Shown in pieces: positions 50,749 through 64,000 of a DNA stretch of 64,000 nucleotides. Source of the DNA: Chrysomallon squamiferum (taxonomy: Eukaryota > Animalia > Mollusca); assembly GCA_012295275.1 (NCBI GenBank), contig CM022673.1:1364001-1428000 (forward strand). Direction: 5' to 3'. The notes beneath the pieces were generated by a model. It ran no database searches. It saw nothing but the letters and a program-made list of their open reading frames with translations, and was not told where the DNA came from. Positions within the stretch are counted from its first letter, which is position 1, and each line of letters starts with the position of its first letter. A program made the position numbers and the translations under genes.

Positions 50749-53700
50749 TAAAACTAAATCAAGATAAATATATAAAAAGCAAAGATAACAAACTGTACCA
50801 TATTTGAGACAAGCAGCAGATGTTCTGTATGTCACGATATTTGAAGAGGTTTGACTAAGATTCAGGAACTTGTACACAAAACGCTGGCCTTATTGTTATC
50901 ATTACGCATTCTGCTGTATTTCTAACACACCCAGTTCTGTTTATAACAACTTTAAAATATCAATTACATTTCTGCTTCTGCAGCTTAAAATCCATTAAAG
51001 AAAATTCTCTTTTGGAAAAAAAAAGAAGAAAAAAAGTTAAAACTGTAAAATCTTTCCTGGAAGTATATGTTTCTGTTCAGTTACTGGTTTTACCATGTGT
51101 ATATATTTTCAGATGAAAATCATTAATATATGTCGTAATAAAAATATGAAAAAAATGTATTGTGCCTACACAAAAATTCCTAATAATTTAGAATTAATAC
51201 ACAAATAATTAATGGGTTTTTAATTAATTTGAGTGGGTTTTTTTAATTAATACATTATTCTAGTTTTTTGTTTTTATTGTTGTTATTTATTTAAATAAAT
51301 GATGATTATTAATATTTGCATTAAACTGAAACATTTTAATTTGTTCTATAGAGAAAATCCAAATAAATTTAAATTTATATCATTCATGCAAGGTGGGTTT
51401 TTTAGATAAGGGGAATAACTCCTGATGTCTTAATAGTGAGTTATGCACAATTGATTCCCTTCCATTTAAAGCATAATCTGCTAATAAATTATCAGTTGTG
51501 TGGCTCCAAAAAGATTGTAATTATTCATGGGACAAATCAATGATTTGAAAGGACTGTTACATAACATGCTTTATTTATTTTCTACATCCATTTCCAAAAC
51601 AATCTCCTTTGTGAGACTACATCAAATGTCAGTCACATCCTGTGTGATGGATTCAGGTACTTACTACATACAGTTGTATTCTGTGTTAAGTGCTCTATTA
51701 ATATAAATGTTTATGAAATTTTGGTGCACAAACAATAAATTTTAATCTGCAGGTTATTAAAAACTCCCATGAACAAAATATGAACAATCTGCTGGAGTTG
51801 TTTTTTGATCTTCTTTGAATATTATTGTATTTGGATAATCTGCCTTTCATAGAAATAAATTTGAGATCCATATTATTAAATAAACTGAATGCTACCACAA
51901 GATGTTTGTCCAGTATTTCAAGACAATTTGGTTTATTATGCCGAAATGATCTGTGCCAGAACCAGTATGGGCTGTCAATATTAATTTGCTGTTTGCCTGT
52001 GGGAACTGGGAAAGTGCTGGGCTAAAAGGCTTAATGGGTGATTCACTGTGTGGCTTTGTGTCCCCCTTGTAACCAGTATGGAAATAATGCCTGATAATTG
52101 TAATAATTCATTCATAATTATTGCTGTAACGGTTGTATCAAACTTGATGATTGAAGTCACCAAGTGTGTTTTTGACAGCAGCAAAGCTGACATTAAAACA
52201 GACACTAGGGAGGAGTAATAAAAGTTATTGCTTTGATGGTGTTGGGCTTTATAAAAATAAAAATAATAAAAGTAGAAAATTAACTTGAGTGGTAACTGAT
52301 AGCTCTGTGTTAGTATGAAATCCTTACTGTTAAAAAAAATGTTTAAATGGACTGAAAGAAGCACCTCTCATACAGCAGATAACAAAAATAGTAGTTGTAG
52401 TAGGAGTAGTAGTAGTAGCAGTAGCAGTAGTAGTAATGTTAATAATTATTATTACTATATTTTTTGTTATTATCATCATCATCATTGTATTATTATTATT
52501 ATTAAATTATTATTATTATTATTATTATTATTAAACATTTAAATGATACCTACAAACTGTTAAATTCAAAATGTTCTGAGGTTTCATTAAACAAACATTG
52601 ATTCATTTGTTGCACACATCAAATCATTATATAAATGTTTCAAAAACAACAGTACTCAAAGTAAAGGTGATCATGAGCTTATGCAACATTAAATTACTAT
52701 GACTATATGTTCATAGTACATATGTAATACAAGAATATACACTACACATGCAGTACTGATAGACCATGAATATACTGTATTAATCTATTACAAATATATT
52801 TTTATCTCACAGATGTAATACAAGAATATATACTACAGATGCTAGATCACAGACTGTTTTTTTTTTATAGCTTTATACTGCCACACAGTTCAGCATGCTA
52901 TCAATAGATCACTGATATTTTTAGTAAGTAATAATACGCAGACAACATTTTAATAGACCTCAGATACAATAAAAAATCATTTTAATTTTTTTATTTAGAA
53001 GTGCAGACACCTTGGTGAGGTCATGCTCAAAAGATTTTATATAACATATATGTGAAGGGTTAACAAGAACAGCATTCTGTTATGAATGCTGTGAAAAGGT
53101 TTATAATGTACAGCCTGTCAGATAATCAATACACTGTTTGACATGGAGCATAAATAACATGGTCAATAAACAGAAAATAATAGCCTGAACTTGTAGGTAC
53201 GTGTATTAATAATACTGAAGAGCTTCGGATATGGTTGGAACAGGTAAAAACCACCAATCTATTACAAAGTATAATGGCTTTTCTTGTAATACGAGTATGA
53301 ATAATAATAATAATAATATTCAAGATCTGGGGATGTGGTTTGATGTGGGCAGAATAAGTCAATACATTGAGAATATCAGCCTGTGCTGCAGAGCAGATAG
53401 TAATGTCACTAGACAGACACAGAACACAGGTTGACTAAATAGTGAAAAACTGAGCATGGCAGGATTCTGTCTGGTATTATTATTGGAAGACTATGGAATA
53501 TGCATTATTAATAATAAATAAATAAATAAATAATGTAAGGAGTGCAAGAGAAAAGTTGCATCAGATCCATCTCAGCTATTTTTTGTACCACTGTAAATCC
53601 ATGACAAATAGATGAAGCCATATTGATTTTTCCCTCACCACAGATATTGGGAGAGAGACATTGATTTGTCAGCTATTTGTACAAACTGTTAGAGTCTACA

Positions 53701-54202
53701 GAAAACAGAAGCCAAATTGAAGAGAGACAGAGGGAAATTTGGCTGAATCAGCAGAATTCTGGATGATTTTTTTTTTTTATAGCATTCCAGCAGCCTGGAA
53801 ATTTCAAGTCTTTATTATATTTGTTATATTACGTATTTAGACTAGAGACAGTCAGACTTAGAAACAAGAATGGACGTAGCCTGTCTGTGCAATGTCTACA
53901 TTCAGACACACAGACAAAGTACACCCATTCACACACAGCTATATTATATACATACATATACACACATTTCTTCATATATATCTGTTTAGAATTAATATAT
54001 ACATAAATATAGAAATAATTAAAGTCTAGATTAATATACATTTTCCATCTGTTCATTTCATAACTATAAACTGGTCCCCAAAACTGCACAAAATCCAGTT
54101 TTAATACTGACCTTTAAAACAATATTTTATCCATGTGCTGGCATAAATTTCAATTAAAATATATGTTCTAAATTTTAATCATCATCAGATTTTAAATTTA
54201 CT

Positions 54203-54799
<597 letters not shown>

Positions 54800-55164
54800 C
54801 AAGGACTACAGAAAATTATCAATGCTACATACCATTCTAATTAACCCGGCTTCCTACAAAATGCGAAACGTTGTCTGCAGATGTGTGGACGCACAGATTT
54901 CTTAACATCTACCAGACAACTGCGTTCAGGTACGTACAACAGTATTGATTGGACTTGAATCAAGACTGGTAAGGGAAAAGCCAAGTATTATGATGATCAT
55001 AGTACAAAATAACAATAATAATAATAAATGCGTGAATGATGTTCAAGCATGACTATTACCATGGAAAGGGCACAAAACAAAAAAAACTTTAATAAGATGT
55101 TTAATATTGAACGAGTGAATGGAAAACACTTGTACATTATACCGAGTAACCTCTCCATAGCCTG

Positions 55165-55600
55165 AAGAGTGGGCTGTTGCTCAGTAGGAGAGCGTTTGTA
55201 CTTAAAGCTTGACTGCTTTAGGATGAGTCATTTCAGCATGCTTCAAAGTTGTTTTATTTGGGGTTTTTACCATTCCAACCACAGTTTCTTGACTGATGTA
55301 TGTCAGTCACATTCAGTTTGGCCAGTTAGTTTTTTCCCAATAAAGCTCTTGCTTTTTTTATTAATACGTATTCAGTCTGCCCAGTGTGAGTTACCTCCCT
55401 TTTCTCCTACTGCCTGATGGGATATTTCCTATTCAAGCTGATATTCACTCACTGGTGATTACTATTTATATAAAGTGTATTTTGCTTTTAGTCAAGTGTC
55501 CTATGAATAATGAAAAACATACCATGGCTTGTTCTGTGTGTTTTGTTTTCCACTTCCATGGGAAGGTACTTTAAAATATCTGTTTTTGCTAATCTTAACT
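55165..55600 (+). mobile_element. Decayed tRNA-derived SINE (head plus core fragments)
   Basis: tRNA A-box-like TTGCTCAGTAGGAGAGCG. Downstream TTTCCTATTC...CATGGGAAGGT is shared with the copy at 58010-58205. Confidence 0.5.
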
Positions 55601-58009
55601 TTGTGACAGCTGCTTTCTTCTGTCAGATATATTTGTTGTAGAAAAACTGTATTACTGACACCAATAACTACTGATCCTAAAAAGTATTTGTTATATAAGA
55701 AGTCATTAAGCTAACATTCATTAATTCATTCATTTACCAGCTTAATGTGAAAGTAACAACATGTAGAATAATATTATTAATTTTATTTTACTCTAGCCAA
55801 GATCATTTTTCATGTTCATTTGATAAATATCTCTGCCTTCTGTCATTAACATCTGCCTTCTATGAATATGTATTTATTGATATCCAGATAAATGTATGTA
55901 AATTAACTGCTATGAGATGTGGAATACATTATTTATTGTGATGATGAAATGTTTGATAATAAATTTATAACACTGTGGGCTATTAGTTATTATATTTTCT
56001 TTTAACTCACACACACACACACATAATGTACATACACTCACCATATTATTATTATTACTTTTTAAAAAGATACTTTCTTTGTCTATGAAAATTCTAATAT
56101 GAGTGAAAATAAAAAAATATAACCAAATGAAATCTCTTATAATTATATAAAAGATGTCTCATTCCTTCTAACTGAAAAAAAAAAAGAAAAAAAAAGAAAA
56201 AGATTGATCTAAAATATGTCAGCAACAGTTCTCCTCTCTGTCATAACCTGTTTGAAATAATTATAAGTATGTCACTAAATAATCATAAGTTTAAAATTGT
56301 CAGGAAAGTGTTGTAAATAAAATATTTCTTACTTCTTGCAGTAGGCAGATGATACTTAAAGCAAACTGTGAATTTTTTCTTTCTTTCTTACATTTTTATT
56401 TTTATTTTTTTATCTCAATCTATCTTTCTGAATTAGCCATTTCCTGTTTCTGTCAGTAGTAAATATGAATGAACCTGATAAATGTCAAATAAGAAATACT
56501 GGAGAAAATATGTCAATTAATGAAATATAGCAGTTAAAAACAGTGGGTGAATAGAGATATATAAATAAAAAATTTTTATCTATACTTTCACCTGTAAATA
56601 TGGATAGATACATACATACATATATACATACATACATACATACATATATACATACACTTACACACTCAAACACACACAGACACATTACACAAATACATAC
56701 ATGCATACTTACACAGAAGCAAACATACATGAATATGCATGCATGCTTATATACATCCATCCATCCACACACACACACACAATCATACAAACACACACAA
56801 ATATACAAACATACAATAAACATTTGTTTTTTTAATTTTTCTGAATATTTTCATTGTATCACTGATTATCTCTATAGCTAATTAAACCTTTTTTTTTAAA
56901 ATTATTTTTATTAACAACTTTTAGAATAACAACACAACATCTTATGTAGTTTATCTGAGCTTATCAACATACCAGTGTGAAAAACCCTAACTCTGATCAC
57001 TCTTGCAGAAATATAATCTTTGAACAGGTATAACATTATTGGTAGTCATATACTTGGTATATAACATCAACACATCAATGGTAATGGGTGTTTATTAATA
57101 TACCATGTTTAAATACCCTTATAAGCAATGATTTTATTATATAACATAGTTCATTAGCTTAATGATCTGTGATGATCCTTTTTAATACTGCCAAAGGAAA
57201 ACTACTAGTAGTGTATAACCCACCATGCAATACAAAATATATTACACACCTATGTCAGAACTGACAGCTTATAATACATAAGACATCATATATTATGACA
57301 TGTAGAACACACATATGTTAAAGTCATCAATAATAATTCAGAAAACATCAGTCAGTATGATGTATTGTACACACAGATGTATGTTGAAATTACCAGCTCT
57401 GAATGGTAACGTGCAAGACACTAAGTAATTATAGTTTTTTTAATAACATTCTATCAAAACTAGTGAACAAGACTATTTAGAAAATTATCTGATAAATTTA
57501 GGACCACACATCTACTGGTAAACAAGTGATTATAACACATACATCACATCATGCAGTTTAACATTACACACACACACACACAGGTACATACGTACTTACA
57601 TAAATATACATCTTTATACATCCTACATAAACATCTTACATAAACATATAGCTTTTTATCTTTTTTTTTTTTTTTCCTTCTTCAGATCATCCAGTATAGA
57701 GGAAACACACCTGTTTCTCTACAGTTAACAACAAATGAATAATACAAAATTATGGTACAATAAAATTAATAGAGAAGCATACATATACAATAAAATGTTA
57801 AATATATATTTTTACTTCACTGTCAATGGATAAATAAATAATTTTTATTTCTCATCATTTCTTATAATCCTTTAGCCAAATGCATATTGCCTTCAGCTTT
57901 TAATCAATCAACTAACATTTATTTAATAATAAACCAACACACTTTCTTTGGCAAATATGAAGTATTAAATTGGTAGCTTTTGCATGATAAAAAAACATTG
58001 TCACCATTC

Positions 58010-58205
58010 CCTGGTTACTCTTACTTAAAAGGAATATATCTTTTTCTTATACACCTTCCCATGAACTGTAAACCATATCTTTTGATAAACCAGTCACAGA
58101 GGACTCACTGGAATAGGAAACAGTCCTGTAGATGCTGCAAGAGAGAACTGATCCCGCAACCCATCATTCAGCAGGCTGCAGCTCTAACCACTGAGCTACA
58201 GTCCA
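58010..58205 (-). mobile_element. Decayed tRNA-derived SINE
   Basis: The minus strand begins TGTAGCTCAGTGGTTAGAGC (tRNA D-arm/A box) with a degenerate B box, then the core GACTGGTTTATCAAAAGATATGG...CATGGGAAGGTGTATAA. Related core fragments occur at ~9600 and ~14090. Confidence 0.6.
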
Positions 58206-58961
58206 AACACTTTGAAGAGTGCTGCTGAGCAAGAACAGTCAGTTAATTGTGTGATTCTCACAGCTTCACATTATTTATTGCAACATCAGTGTAAAAGATG
58301 CAACCATTTGTAGACGTGGCAATATAAATTATGTAATCATTTGCAGTAACATCGATGTAGATGATGTAACCATCTGCAGCCACATTGATGTAAAAGGTGT
58401 CACGATTTGTTGCACAGTTGTATTCGCGTGTTCGTTCAACAGGGCGTGCAACGGCTGCTGTGCTGTACAAAGAAAACTTGTATATCTGACGTAAAGGGAA
58501 ACTGGCGTAAATCGAGTGTTAACACAAAATCAATGCAGCCCATTTTAAACGCATCAGAAAAAAAGGCTCTCCTTTCTGTTGCTGCTTATTCATTAAGCTT
58601 CTGTCATTTCTGGACATTGTAAGCTAATAATGTAAACTGCAGGTTTTATTTCAAAGTTTAAATATTGTTTTGTTATAAATACTGCATTGTCCTTCACACA
58701 CACACAACAAACACACACTTACATATGCATGCATATTTACACACACACATTCATTTTATATATAAATATCCTCATAATACTGTACTGCACCATAAACTCT
58801 GCCATTTCCCATCAAATAGCCGTGTTCCAGTACATCACTCTACATGAGAATAACTTCCTAACTGTTCCCACACTCTGCCTTACTAAACATCTTGTAGACA
58901 ACCTGTCAGACAAGGTCTAGTTAACCTCCTGCTTCCAGTTTCCAGACAGTGAGGTGCACAA

Positions 58962-58995
<34 letters not shown>

Positions 58996-61651
58996 ACTGG
59001 TGCCAACATCACCAAACTGCAGGAAAGCCCAGGCTGAGATGATATGTTAGCTTGGAATGCAGTCAAAGCAAAAATGTGTAGACGTTTGTTTTAGTATATG
59101 ATGTGTAACTGTTGTACTAGGAAAGATGTTTGGTTTACATTAATAAGAAGAAGATGAAGAAGGACAAAAACATACACAATAATAATAATAATAATAGGAT
59201 GATGATGGTGACAAAAAATCTGGCACTGTGTATTAGCTGCAAAATTATTCCTATGCATTTAACTACAAGAATAACTACAAAACAAATTGAGAAACTGATA
59301 TCGAATCAAAAGGTTAAGATTAATTTATGAAAGGTAAAATTTCAGAGGTAAGAAACATTTCTGGAAAATACTCAATCAAAATCTTAGCTGTGTTTTTTCT
59401 TTGGTCATGAAATGAATTGTATTGTAAAGGCTTCAAATTTCTGCTAAGAAGAAGAAAAAAGATTAAATTAATTAAAAATGTCCTGTTGTTAAGACATCCA
59501 TCAAAGACTTTAAAGTGAAGAATGTTAAATAAAACATCCTCAAAAGAATCTTTTTTTTATTTAATTTGCTTCTTTAGGTGATGGTTATGTCTTACTGGTT
59601 TTACTTAATTTTCTCAAGATGCCAAAGTCTTTCAGTTTATTATTTGTTTTTTTCTTCCTAGCTAATATAGCTGATGATTACTGTAAAACAAAACCCTATG
59701 TGGTGAACTAGGAAGCTACTGTTTAGATTGGACTGGCTAAGCTCAGCCAAAACAAAGATAACAGACCCTTAGAAGTTAATCAGAAACTGGCTGGCTAGGA
59801 AAGGGAAGGGGGCCAATTTCAGTTTTATTTTTCTGATGGACAAAATTCGTCTTCTTTTTGTTTTAACTCGATACTGATAACACAACAGCTGGTAAAGAAC
59901 AGGGTGCTGGTGAAAGTATTTTATAAGCTAGCTTTTCTTGCTTTTCCTATTTTATAACTTTTTTTGTCATATGTAATTGTCTGTTTCAGTAGTTAACATT
60001 TTGCCCAAACTGAGTGTGTTCCAATTTCATGTGTCAAGAGGTTTTTTAAAATAAATTGAATCAGATAAAGAAGTGAGATTCTGGACATTCCGTTGTTGAA
60101 ATAATAATCAGTAGAGACTGCTGTAGCTAGAGGTTTTCTTACTGGAATAATAATCTGTTGGAGATAAAGCTTATTCCAGTAAAACTCAGATCAAAAGGTA
60201 AACTTATTATCAGAGTGTATCGCAATTCTTTATTTACAGTAACAGAGACTGCCAAGTCCAAATATCTCAGTGCAAGAATAAATCACCTTTTATTTTTATT
60301 TTCCTAATGGAAAGGTAATTCAAGATTAACAACAATAAAAGGTTTCCTTTCTTTTCAAAATAACATCCAAATTATTTATTCAAAACATTCTAGATGGAGG
60401 TCTCTATGTGTAACTTATTTGTGTGTTTTTTTATTGGTGATATTATTTATTTATTTGTTTGTTTATGAGTTTATGCTTAGTTATGATGAATTATACCAAT
60501 AAATTATTTATTTTGTAATGCAATTAGATTTACAGATTTCATGCTAACGTATCACTATGAATTTTAACAAAAATCTGTGTAGCTATATAACAAGACAATA
60601 TTATTTTCATCCAATAAAATTCAAATTTAGTTTTTTGATATAAATACTGACTGTATCAATTTCCCTTCCGGATCCTCTTGTAAACACATTTAAAAATACC
60701 TCAAAATTATCTAATTATAAGAGATCTTTAATGCCACCTTCCTCACAGACTGCCAAGGATATTAAACTCTTTGATATTCGTGTGGACTGAAGTGATCCCT
60801 GCTGACTCATCAAAGCAAGATGATCCTTCAGCCCATCAGGTCTCGGGTTAACCAGGCAATATCCAACTTTTAATAATTTCTTTCTGAAATGGTTTGTCCT
60901 CCACCATGAACTCTGTGGTAGCAGGACCTGCTGAGTCTGTGCGATACAGATGTACATGAACCATGAGGGCGTGTGACATACTGAAACTGTAATTTACACC
61001 ATCGTATCCATCACCTCCCGGTTAGCTGGTAATCACTATATCTGATCATGGCCCAGGTCAACAGATCTTTTTCAGATTTAATCCTGTTTAGTTTACTGCA
61101 GAATGCACATCTGCTGCCACGCCTGCTTCTACAAAGGTTAACAATCGGCCAAGCCATCTGCTGAGATCTGATTAAGATAAAGCTATAAAACTCTGGCTTC
61201 TTTTTAACACACTATTTCCTTCAGGTAAATAAAAACCCTCCAGAGCTTTGAGAAATGCCTGCATTCTTCAAGATGCCACTTTGTACAAGTAAGATGGTAC
61301 AGAATGTGCTCCAAGTATCAAAGGCAGTATATATAGATAGATTTTATTTAAAGACACATTTAAAACATACTCAGTACAGTTATATGGCATCATGTGTATA
61401 TAGTTAAAGAACACAGAAACAGAGAAATTGGCTGCTGGCTGTTACATTTGTTTATTAGAAGACACAAGACAGCATGTTCCATGCATTTTTATAAACACAT
61501 TAACTGGATGAAGATGGTTCTATGGTGTGTTGCAATGTTGTTGTTTTTTATAGCCTATTCACATTATGACAACAGTATATGAATATACTGTAACCTTTTT
61601 TCTAATACAAACACATACTGAATAAAATCAGCAAACGTTTAGTTTCATTGG

Positions 61652-61709
<58 letters not shown>

Positions 61710-63575
61710 GTTTTGTTTTGTTTGTGGGGTTTTTGTTTTCTAGGAGAGGGACTGTTAAAATTATTATTTTTTGTTTTATAATTTTTGTTGTGAGTACATA
61801 AAACAAAAACATATATAAAGCATTTTTGGAAGCAAAAAAATTTTTTTTTTTTAAATTAGTATTCATTATATTTCCAAACAGTTTAAACAGATACATTATG
61901 AAACCATACAAATTGTGTTATGATGTGTTCAGAATAATAAAAAGAAAACAGAAAAATGTTTTATAATATTATCTTTGTTTTTTATATTGAGACATTTAGA
62001 AGAAAAAAAAAAAAGAAAAAGAAAAAAATGAAAATAATAAACATTAACATAAAAATAAATGTCTCAACTGCAAAGACTGAAGCTTTAATTTATGTACCAC
62101 CCTTTACCACATATAAGATTGAAAAACCCAACAAAGGAAGACAACTTTATGTTTATTTTATAGCTAACCAATACACATTAACTTCTACCAGAGTTATTAA
62201 CATGTCAGTGTATGATAAACACGTATAATAATTGTCAGCAGATACAGAATACATTTAGATATTCCAAACAGATACATAAAGTGTGAATATGTAGGACATT
62301 ATATTTATAATGGACAGACAAAGACTGTGGGTTAGGTCAATGACCAATGTCGAATCACCATTTTATTTAAATAAACCAGACACACACGACAAGGCAGTCC
62401 ACTAAACACCATGTTCCTTATTGACAGGGCAGAACTGGAAAAACAAATGTGTTACTGCTGATCAGCATTTCAGTAAAGTTTAGTATTAATGCTTACCAGT
62501 GATCACATAGTTATGTATAAAAAAAAAAAAAATAACAACAGAAAAGAAACATGTTGAAAGCATTCCATGATTTATTCTTACCAGCTAGGTATTGGTGTTA
62601 ATATTTACTAAGGATCCAAAGTTTATGTATAAAAGAAAAAAAAAAACTGCCAACACCATTCTAGAGGCTATTTTTATCAGGTGTTTGTTAAACATATTTT
62701 ATATGCAAGTACCTACGAACATTTTAAGAAACAAAAAAAAAAAAAAAAAAAAAAAAAAAATAACACTCCCAAAACATGCTACAGTATTTAATAAATCAGA
62801 CATGGAGTAATGGTTGGTGTCACAGAAAAATATATTAGGTTAATTGTTCAAACTTGACAGCTGGTGTAATTCATTACTACATATTACGGTATGTTAAGAA
62901 ACGGTATATTCAGTAGCACTGAACAAGTCAGAAGTAACAGGAATCATTGTGCTAGGACCACTGTTCAAGCCTGTAATGAAAACCCCCATGATACACTCAA
63001 TCAATAAACAATGATCATGTCAAAAACGTTTCCATGACTACAAAGGAACAGAATCTGTATTAATGAATGCATGCAAATATTCATGCAGACACAAATATTC
63101 ACATATGCATAAAGACAATTCATGCATACAGATTCACCAATGCATAATGCAGGGTATGTGTTTTTTTTTAATTATTACTGTATCTTAATTAATTTTTTTA
63201 TTATTATTTTTTATATTAAAAAACAACATATTCTGGAGAAAAAAAACAACATATTCTCAATGACCTACTTACACTAAATAATTTGAAAGCATTTTTTAAT
63301 AATAATTATTATTAAAATTTACTATTTGAATATATCAAAAGTTTAACTGATTTTATTCCTTTCATATTTATTCACATTAAACACCAAGCATTGTGTAAGC
63401 TGACTACTGCCAGAATGCTTTGACTGTTCTGTGTTATTCAACTTTATGAACAGGACAACACATGCTGTAAAATATTGTCATAATTATTAGTCACAAAATG
63501 ATTTAAATTCAAAGAGTCCCATTCACTGCTATTTGTCATCAAGAAGTGCCATCTAATTAGCATGTCAGGAAATCA

Positions 63576-63595
63576 GCAGTGCCATCTGGTGGCCA
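63576..63595 (-). promoter_or_regulatory. CTCF-like binding site
   Basis: The minus strand reads TGGCCACCAGATGGCACTGC, a close match to the bilaterian CTCF core consensus, within very AT-rich DNA. Confidence 0.55.
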
Positions 63596-64000
63596 GGTGG
63601 AGATAACTCTTAACATGTGTTCATTATTGTTGACAGATGTTTATCAACAAAAAGGTTTCAGAGGCAATCTCCTGCCTAAACAGAACAATTCCTATGTGCT
63701 AGGCCAGAGAATGATGACAGGGGGAAAAAAAAACCTACATATATTAATGGAGGAATGATTTAAACTGACAACTTCCATTAGATGTGTGTTTTATGTATAG
63801 AAAAGTAAATAATCAGAAACATGCAGAAATTGGCAAACCAAAGAGATGTTACAAATGGAACACTTTATAATACATTATGTGCTGAAAGTTTACCAAAGTC
63901 GTAATAGTACTAAACAACCCTGTCAAAAAAAAAAGCATTGTCATTTTGTGCTGTGTGTTAGCAATGCTTGTAAAAGATATAGTTTATTATGCTATAATAT

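Noticed and set aside
58125-58205. tRNA gene
   Set aside because: A-box/D-arm present, but the T-arm/B-box is degenerate, no acceptor stem is evident, and it runs into a SINE core.

Overview
AT-rich, microsatellite-rich, intron-containing animal genomic DNA. A mollusc or other lophotrochozoan is the likely source, inferred from gene and repeat style. Four protein-coding genes could be reconstructed by hand: (1) an orphan class-A GPCR with an intronless CDS (- strand, 7579-8754); (2) METTL1/TRM8 tRNA m7G46 methyltransferase (- strand, 6 exons, 13078-16592, 259 aa); (3) MFSD5 molybdate-anion transporter (+ strand, single coding exon 17767-19125), head-to-head with METTL1 across a ~240-bp promoter; (4) dihydropyrimidinase/CRMP (- strand, 13 firm exons 26843-37383 plus a probable first exon at 47491-47514, ~576 aa, all metal ligands intact). 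Also present are a deleted hAT/Buster transposon, a MITE with a 4-bp TSD, decayed tRNA-SINE fragments, four minisatellites and CTCF-like sites. The most unusual observations are: a 41-bp minisatellite that looks like an amplified branch point plus 3' splice site stacked directly against a DPYS exon; a spliced uORF in frame with MFSD5 and separated from it by a single UGA; an indel-free 33-bp (11-codon) repeat with synonymous-looking divergence in otherwise non-coding DNA; and a GnRHR-like N2.50/D7.49 swap in the GPCR. Most short ORFs in the supplied track are microsatellite artefacts.
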